From: Lytechinus pictus
Lineage: Eukaryota
Assembly: GCF_037042905.1 (NCBI RefSeq)
Contig: NC_087257.1
Location: 23,622,001 to 23,686,000, forward strand
Length of the DNA stretch: 64,000 bases
Direction of reading: 5' to 3'
Under the pieces are notes generated by a model that worked only from the letters and a program-made list of their open reading frames with translations, searched no databases and was not told the origin of the DNA. Position numbers and translations under genes: made by a program. Shown here in pieces: positions 56,351-64,000 of the stretch; position 1 is the first letter of the stretch; each line of letters begins with the position of its first letter.

Positions 56351-56659
56351 TATAGAGTACCGAAGTGTGACGTCATCAATTTTCACTTTTTGCATATCAG
56401 AATTTTGATACCATATTTTGGTAGAGCATGATGAAAACCCCACATAACCCCGAAATTTGGTGGGAATCGGCCCATGGGGCCCCAAGATATGACCTCATAG
56501 TCAATGAATGAAGTCAATGTATATTATTGGCCTGGTTCCTATTTAGAACCAGGCCAATAATGGACCGATTCCCACCAATAATGCTCTACCAAAATATAGT
56601 ATCAAAAACGCTAAAATGCAAAAAAAGTTTTTTGGACGTCATCACTTCGGTACTCTATA
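56351..56659. mobile_element. ~310-bp MITE in the array
   Basis: TATAGAGTACCGAAGTG..GACGTC ... GACGTC..CACTTCGGTACTCTATA inverted termini. Confidence 0.85.
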
Positions 56660-58129
56660 CCCCTCCCCCCCCCCCACATCAACCATCACCATCAACCATC
56701 ACCTCAAATCAACCTACTTACTAGGTATACCGGTCGACCTACAGCATCTACAGATTTAAAGGATTTTGCCTCGTGTGTACATGACAGGCCACCCTCTCCC
56801 AGCAAGAATCTAGTCAAACTATGCAAATTTAAAAAATCTATGTATAATAATGACTGGGCATGGCCGTTCACCTACAATTTAAGGGGCGAGGCCCGGTAGG
56901 CACATCATTCACAGGCCACCATCTCCCAGTCAGTAATTAACTAATCTTAACTACAAGTAATCTGACTGGACGTGGCCGTTCACCTACAGTTAAAGGGGTA
57001 AGACCCTGTAGGCACACAATTAACACGCCACCAACTCCCTTGCAAAAAAAAAAAGACTAGCTTATTGTGTGACTGTGAGGGCTAACAATGTGATCTTCTA
57101 AAGTGGTTCACTAGTCTGGTCTAGAAAGAACCAGTTCAGCAAAATGAATGTGAATAGGGTCTTAGTAAAATCTGTTCCCTTCTGAAATGGTCGTCAAAAA
57201 GCATGAAACGCCCAAACCTAACAAAATGATAATCTAAAACAAAATATTTCCAAACTTTATGTAAGAAATCTCTTAAACATGACCATTGGTTATATATTTT
57301 AGGGAGTAATCTTTTTCTTACGAAGAGAGTGCTTGATCAACTAATTATAATGAAATAGTGATGGTTGGCATCTTTTTTTTTTAACAGGCTGACATTTTTA
57401 CATCAGATTATCAGTCAACATTTGATAGTTTCATGCTAAAGGAAATGCAATCCATCTATACAGAATCCACATTGTACCTATGTTTCAACTGACACATAAT
57501 TCAGGGGGAAATAGACATGATTCATCTTTCAGGTAAGAATAGACCTACAAATTGTGGATTAATCACAATAATCATAAAAAACAAAGGTGACTTGCTTGTA
57601 ATAAATTAAGTGGGAGGAACAAAGATAAATTACGGAAATCTAAAAATGGCATCTGTAATAGGCCTAATATTGTAGCACATATTCAAGACAACAAAAGATG
57701 GAACATTTATAAATGCAAAGAGTGGCAAAAGAATCAGTAATAACATAATTCTCCAGAAACAAGTGTTGCTCGAATGGGTAATACAAATATAACTAAATGA
57801 TTACCAGACAGAATACCACTCAAGTCCAACAAATCCCAAACACTCCATTTAACCCTACCCTAGCCTCCATCTCCTAAAAAGTATACCAAGTCCTCACCTC
57901 CCATTCCCCCGATAGCCCCATCCTCAATGTAAACTCTTTTACATTATTCAACAAAATCAGGCCAAATGCCTACAGCTAATCCACCTATCAATATCTACCC
58001 TATCCATCTCCTCTCCTCCCTACTCAACCATCCACCCCTCCTCCCAACCCCTTCCCATCCATAACTTTCTCCACCTCCTCTGACAATACTTCGGCCCCTA
58101 CGACAACGTCCAACCCTCTTCCCCTGTCA

Positions 58130-58970
58130 CCCCCTCCTCTGTCGTCTCCTCCTCGGCAACCTCCTCCTCTGCCCACTCCTCTTCTCCAACCGTCTCCTCA
58201 GCCATCCACCACCTCCTCCTCTGCCGTCTTCTCCTCTGCCGTCTTCTCCTCTGCCACCTCCTCCTCTCCAGCCGTCTCCTCCTCTGCCGACTCCTCTTCT
58301 CCAGCCGCGTCTCCTCAGCCATTCACCACCTCCTCCTCTGCCTTCTTCTCGTCTGCCGTCCCCTCTTCTGCCAACTCCTCCTCTTCCAACTCCTCAGCCA
58401 TCCGCAATCTCCTCCTCTGCCGTCTCCTCTTCTGCCGACTTATCAATTTCCACCTCCTCAGCCATCCATCACATCCTCCTCTGCCGTCTCCTCTTCTGCC
58501 AACTCCTCCTCTTCCACCTCCTCAGCCATCCACCACCTCCTCCTCTGCCGTCTCCTCTTCTGCCAACTCCTCCTCTTCCACCTCCTCAGCCATCTGCCAT
58601 CTCCTCCTCTACCTTCTTCCCCTCTGCCGTTTCCTCTTCTGCCAACTCCTCCTTTTCTACCTCCTCAGCCATCCGCCACCTCCTCCTCTGCCTTCTTCTC
58701 CTCTGCCGTCTCCTCTTCTGCCGACTTATCAATTTCCACCTCCTCAGCCATCCATCACATCCTCCTCTGCCGTCTCCTCTTCTGCCAACTCCTCCTTTTC
58801 TACCTCCTCAGCCATCCGCCACCTCCTCCTCTGCCTTCTTCTCCTCTGCCGTCTGCTCTTCTGCAGACTTATCACTTTCCACCTCCTCAGCCATCCATCA
58901 CATCCTCCTCTGCCGTCTTCTCCTCTGCCGTCTCCTCCTCAGCCACTTCCTCCTCCTCCTTCTCTTCCAT
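58130..58970. repeat. CT-rich ~60-75-bp minisatellite (CTCCTCAGCCATCC..CCTCCTCTGCCGTCTCCTCTTCTGCC)
   Basis: About 12 degenerate units. Its right end plus flank (~58940-59043) is duplicated at ~59435-59523. Confidence 0.85.
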
Positions 58971-59799
58971 CCTTTCAAATTATTGTTCGTGTTTCCATAG
59001 CTTCATCATCATTATGTCTGGAAAGGAACAGAATAGTAGATATCATTGATTTTACAAATTTAGTGATTAACAGATTAAGTGAAATTGCACCACATATAAT
59101 AATTCTGCGATTTTCAGCCCATTCTATTAGTATGGTAGGAAATGGGGGTTCCAGTACACCATCGAGAAGACCCTTTAACCAATTATTTGTATTGCCTGAA
59201 TTGTTTAGTTAATGAATTTTGATAAATCGTGTTCCATGGGGTTCAAAATTTGCAATTTTGGCGGCCATGTTGGATATTTCATGAAAATCAATTATTTTCA
59301 TATTTTTTGCTCAGATTATGGGAAGAGTTTCAATAAATGCGCTGTTCACCTCTTCCACCTCCTCAGCCATCCACCACCTCCTCCTATGCCGTCTTCTCTT
59401 CCTCCTCTGTCAAATCCTCCTCTGCCTCCACCTCCTCCTCAGCCACTTTCTCCTCAAATTATTGTTCGTGTTTCTGTAGCTTCATCATCATATTGTCTGG
59501 AAAGGAACAGAATAGTAGATATTATTATTACTTTTCTAATAATATAGGAGCACACTCATAGTTAATTGAGTCGCCAGGTTCAAGGTAAACAAAAATATCG
59601 AAATTTTGATAGATTTTTTTTTTTATAGAATTTGTGACCATATTTTCATGTTTTAATTAAAAATGTGTATGTGCTCTGTATTATGAACATTAGCAACTAA
59701 TGCATAATGTACGCGTTCGACACGGAGATGGAAATGCCTCTTTCTCTTAAACGAATGGGGGCTCCCGCCCGGGTCAGGTTTGATTTACTAGACACTCTC

Positions 59800-61935
59800 C
59801 ATAGGCGGATCCAGGGGGGCCGAGGGCCCCCCCCCCCCCATTGGTGGAGCAAAAAAGAAAAAAAGGAGAGGAAGAAAAAAGGGGGAAAAAGAGGAAAAAG
59901 AGAGGAGAAACAAAAAAGAGGAAGACGAGTGCATAAAATAAGATGAGGGGATGGCTTGGAAAATAAAAAGAATCTTTCCTTCCGCTATATAAAATTCTCG
60001 CTCGCGCTTCGCGCTCGCATTGCCTGTTAGGTGATTTACATACCTTTTTCAATATGGAGCTTGAATATCAAGTTTGGAAGTCAATATACAAAACATATTT
60101 CACCTCGAAAATCGAACTTTCATTATTTTTTGTGATTTACAAATTGACTTTTAAAAAGTGCTCTGTAAAAATGTCAGTTCTATGGTCTGAATAATAACAT
60201 TTTCTGCTCGCGCTGCGCGCTCGCAAATTTTGATTTATCAGGTATCTATTATTTTAGTGTATTCCATAAAGTTTTCAAAATATCCCTTTTAAGGTCTGAT
60301 TGTCAAAACGTATATCAGCTAGCGCTGCACGCTCACATTTTGATTGGCGAGTTATGTATATGTCTCAATATTGATAATACAACAAACTACTTAAAATCCC
60401 TTTTTCATGACAGTTTATCAAAAATTTTAACTCGTAACTTGCGCTCGCGTTAATGGTTAAAAGTATATTAAATGATGCATCCTATTCATAATTACGAAAG
60501 TGCTTGAAATTTCAAATTTTCAGGCCATAATATCATCAGATTTCGTGCCCTCATTAGGAATTAATAAATAAGATAATAATTTGATAATTAAATTGTCCCT
60601 TTTAATTCATCTCGCGTTTAGCAAGAGGAAAAGGAATATATTCATCATTTTCATATGATAACATATCCTAAGGATGTCCCGGTCCTATGTCAAAACTCAA
60701 AGTAATAATAATGAAAAATATCAGCTCTTTTTAAAGTGCGATCCATATCCACCTCACAATTTTCCTACAAAGTGCTTGTAATACAAAGCTAAAATCGACT
60801 CATTTTTTAGATCGGAATATCAAATATTTTAAGCTTTGATTTTCATGATAAAAGATGTATTTAGAATGCCTCGATTCTAGGTCTAAATTTTGAAACACGC
60901 GCGCGCATGTTTATTCAGATACTGAACTTGTTTTTCTATTTAAATCATTATCCAGTTTCAGATCACAATATCAAAAACTTTCTGCTCGCGCTTTGTGCTC
61001 GCAATATTAATACAGGAAGATCTCCTATTACTCATCCTTTTCATGATGTACAAAACATGAGTAGAGTGGCCCATTTTTAGGTCTAAATCTCGATTTTTTT
61101 CAGCTCGCGCTTCGCGCTCGCATCAATTGATTAGTTATATAGCTATCCTTTGCACAATACCAAAAATTGATAAAATGTTTCCATTCGTTATGTAGAAATG
61201 TCAAAAATTTCAGCTCGCGCTTCGCGCTCGCATTATTTGATTGTGAAAATATGTAACTTCTTCATGGCTAAGTGCAAGCAGTCCATAACAGGTACCTTTT
61301 CGATCAGTTCAAAACGTACATAAAAATGTTCTGCTCGCACTTTACGCTCGCATTATTAACATGATTTACAAAACATGAATAGAGTGTCTCGTTCAGTAGG
61401 ACTAAATCTCAATTTTTTAGCTCGCGCTTCGCGCTCGCATCAATTGTTTAGTTACATACCTATTCTGTTTAAGTGATAAAAAGTGCTTAGAATTTCCATT
61501 CTTTAGGTGAAAATGTCAAAAAAATTCTAAATATGTAATATCTTCATTGCTAACTGCAAGCAGTCTTTAACAGGTACCTTTTCTATCAGTTCGTGTCTGC
61601 TGATCGCGCTTCGCGTTCGTAGTAATTATATAGTTGAATATACATCTTTTTCATGATAACAAACATTGCCCAGAATGTTCAAATTTTAGGAAAAGTACAT
61701 AAAATTATTTTTAAAAAATTAGCTCGCGCTTCGCGCTCGCATCATATAAAATAAGGATTATGATATTATATATTTATGTTGATTTATAAGAATCAATATA
61801 TAAAGAAGTGACTACTAGGACTACCCCTTCAAAGAAACAAACAAAAATCATCTTCGAGCGGCCGATCGGTGAAAATATGGCTGAAACGAAATTCCGCCGC
61901 CCCCCCCCTATTGGCGAAGGCTGGATCCGCCTCTG
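59800..61935. mobile_element. 2.1-kb non-autonomous TIR element with repeated GCTCGCGCTTCGCGCTCGC motifs
   Basis: TIRs CATAGGCGGATCCAG / CTGGATCCGCCTCTG, flanked by ACTCTC/ACTCTC; about 11 motif copies, many ~100-120 bp apart. Confidence 0.85.
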
Positions 61936-62067
61936 ACTCTCCTCATATGTAGATTAGTGTCTCCTCTATCTTTTCCAAGAGAAAACAAAATAATGTGGTT
62001 TTGCGATGCCAAAAGACGATATTTCCGAATACAAGTCAAATACGAAAAGGAGTGATGTAACTATTAA

Positions 62068-62493
62068 AGGGGAAGTTCACCCTGGCAAAAACTTATTTTA
62101 AAAATAGCAGAAAAATGATAAAAAAATATTGTCGAAGGTTTGAGAGAAAAATCAATCAAAGAATTAAAAAGTTACGATTGTAATCATTTGATTTGTGACG
62201 TAATATGCGAGCAGGATTCCTGCATAGCGGATGGTAAAAAAAAATGTGTTTTACTGTACCTTTTGTATATCAATAGACAAATCATTTCACATCCGATTTT
62301 AAAAAAAGGAAAATAAGTCATCAGGACCAATAAAAAAAAGTGAAATTCATGCATCTATGACGTCACAAATCCAAACCTTAAAATAATAACTTTCCTCATC
62401 TTTAGCGGATTTTCCTCAAACCTTCGCCAATATTTTGTATTATTTTTTTTGCTATTTTTACAACAAATTTTTTCTTCAGGGTGAAATTCCCCT
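62068..62493. mobile_element. Kolobok-like element, TTAA TSD
   Basis: TTAA|AGGGGAAGTTCACCCTG ... CAGGGTGAAATTCCCCT|TTAA. Confidence 0.88.
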
Positions 62494-62699
62494 TTAACAG
62501 GTTCCAGTGAAGACAGGCGTTAATATGCCAGAATAACATTTGGAGCAACTGTCTCCTTTATCATCTGCATGAGATCCAAATAAACGCTGCTTTGTATTAT
62601 CATTATAAGCGTCCCTTTCCAGTTGGAGTCTCCATTAAGACGATATTTTAAATTATATAGTCAAAATAAGGAAAAGGTGGGGTAACTTCGAAAAGCTCC

Positions 62700-62919
62700 T
62701 GCAAAGTAAAAAAAACTATACAACGCTGTTTACTATATGAACCTTAGAGTAATAAAAAGTTTAAACAAGTGTTTAAATCTTAAGCAACAAAGTTTAATTT
62801 TCAATATCTAATCTTCAATAAATTAAACATGATTGTTTAAACGGTTAAACAAATACTGTAAGGTTAATAAATTATAGTAAACAGCGTTGTATAAAATCTT
62901 AAACAGCGTTTTTACTGTG
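62700..62919. mobile_element. Fold-back MITE (CACAG/TA type), left end decayed
   Basis: TATACAACGCTGTTTACTATA ... TATAGTAAACAGCGTTGTATA inverted repeat ending TTTTTACTGTG|TA; a related left end lies at ~46918. Confidence 0.65.
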
Positions 62920-62920
62920 T

Positions 62921-64000
62921 AGGGGATAGGCTTCAATGTGCTTGAACCTATTTTAAAGTAACTTGTCGAAGAATGTATCCTCCATCTTCTCCAAGTATAT
63001 CAATGGAAATAAAAGCGGCTTTGTGTAGTATAAATGCCACTTTCTTCCAATGGGGCGCTCCAAAATTGCATTTATTGCATTGCATTGCTAGGCAAAAATA
63101 GCACAAAAACGCCTTTTACCCATATATAGGGATATGATTTATGCTTTTACCTCACTCGGGGCTCCAAAATGGCGAATATGCCAATTAATAGACAACATAG
63201 GCAAAAGGAGTGGGGTGACTTCGACAGCCATTTGAGTAGGTAGGCTTCAATTTGTCTGCACTTCTTTATATGAAGCCGATGAAAAAAATCCTACTCTTTT
63301 ATTTCAAAACAATGAGAGTGATTTTACGACATAGCAGAAACAACTTTTGTCTCGATTGAGGCTCCAGAATTACGAATTTTCCAATAGACAAAATCGGCAA
63401 AAGGGGTGGGATGATTTCAGCAGCCCGCAAAGGAGGATAGGCTTGATGTGCCAGCACTTCTTTAAATGTATCTGGAAAAGCCTATTCTTTCCTCTCTGAG
63501 GGGTTTAAAAATAAAAGTGACTTTAATAAATAGCAGAAATGCCCTTTTGCCTCAATGTGGCTCTAAAATGGGGTATTTTTCAATAAATAGGCAAAAGGGA
63601 TGGGGTGAGCTCGTCAACCGCCAAAGGTGAATAGGTTTCGATGTGCAAGCACTTTGTTAGATGTAGTTGGTAGATAAACTCCTACTCTTTCCTCTCCATG
63701 TGGTTTAAGTGGCTTTACTGTATAGCACAAAGGCATTTTGCCCTGATTGGGGCTCCAAAATGGCTGATTTTCCGAGTATTGGTAAATTAGGCAAAGGTTT
63801 GGGATGACTTCGGCAGCCCCCCCCCCCCCACGAGGGGTAGACTCCGATGTGCCAGCACTTCTTTATATGAGCTGATACAAAATGCATATTCTGACCTCTA
63901 CAAGTGGTTTCAAGAAAATACAAGTGTTTTTTCTTTTACAGTCGAAACATGATTTTGCCACATTGGGTGCTCCAAAAGCACGATATTCAAAAGTCAAACT
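62921..64000. repeat. Diverged ~200-bp tandem repeat (at least 5 units, runs off the window)
   Basis: GGGGCTCCAAAATGGC-like anchors at ~63158, 63359, 63557, 63750 and 63965. The first four are followed by GGCAAAAGGGGTGGGRTGACTTCG...TAGGCTT..ATGTGCCAGCACTTCTTTA-like sequence. Confidence 0.85.

Larger units (their letters stand above)
50013..57040. repeat. ~7-kb tandem array (roughly 35-40 units of ~110-145 bp) with higher-order repeats
   Basis: Consensus core GACTGGGCGTGGCCGTTCACCTACAGTTTAAGGGGCGAGGCCCGGTAGGCACATAATTCACAGGCCACCATCTCCCAGCCAG plus a variable AT-rich linker. The variant AAGACTGGGACAGGGCGTGG recurs at ~52600, 53564 and 54328. Confidence 0.95.

Noticed and set aside
50013-57040. 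CRISPR-like appearance (conserved repeat plus variable spacer)
   Set aside because: Eukaryotic context, a ~80-bp core, linkers homologous to each other rather than unique, and no cas genes.

Overview
Eukaryotic, AT-rich, repeat-dense animal genomic DNA with three N-gaps. A sea urchin or other invertebrate deuterostome is inferred from the SINE and MITE families, not proven. The only protein-coding gene I can support is the 5' end of an ERG-subfamily (KCNH2/6/7-like) voltage-gated K+ channel on the minus strand. Coding exon 1 is 46100-46025 ([25 protein letters not shown]) and exon 2 is 43487-43257 (PAS domain). Intron 2 follows and runs at least 43 kb to the left edge; no exon 3 was found. 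The intron holds tRNA-derived SINEs, many short non-autonomous DNA transposons, microsatellites, local tandem duplications and a perfect 92-bp palindrome resembling a Penelope-type terminus with a truncated hammerhead motif. Upstream of the gene (47-64 kb) lie a 2.6-kb composite hAT-like element with an 8-bp TSD and captured DNA, and a ~7-kb tandem array of ~120-bp units whose internal stems show apparent compensatory changes. The array is riddled with nested MITEs. Beyond it are a CT-rich minisatellite, a 2.1-kb TIR element with GCGCGAAGCGC motifs and a ~200-bp satellite. Nearly all entries of the supplied ORF track are spurious.
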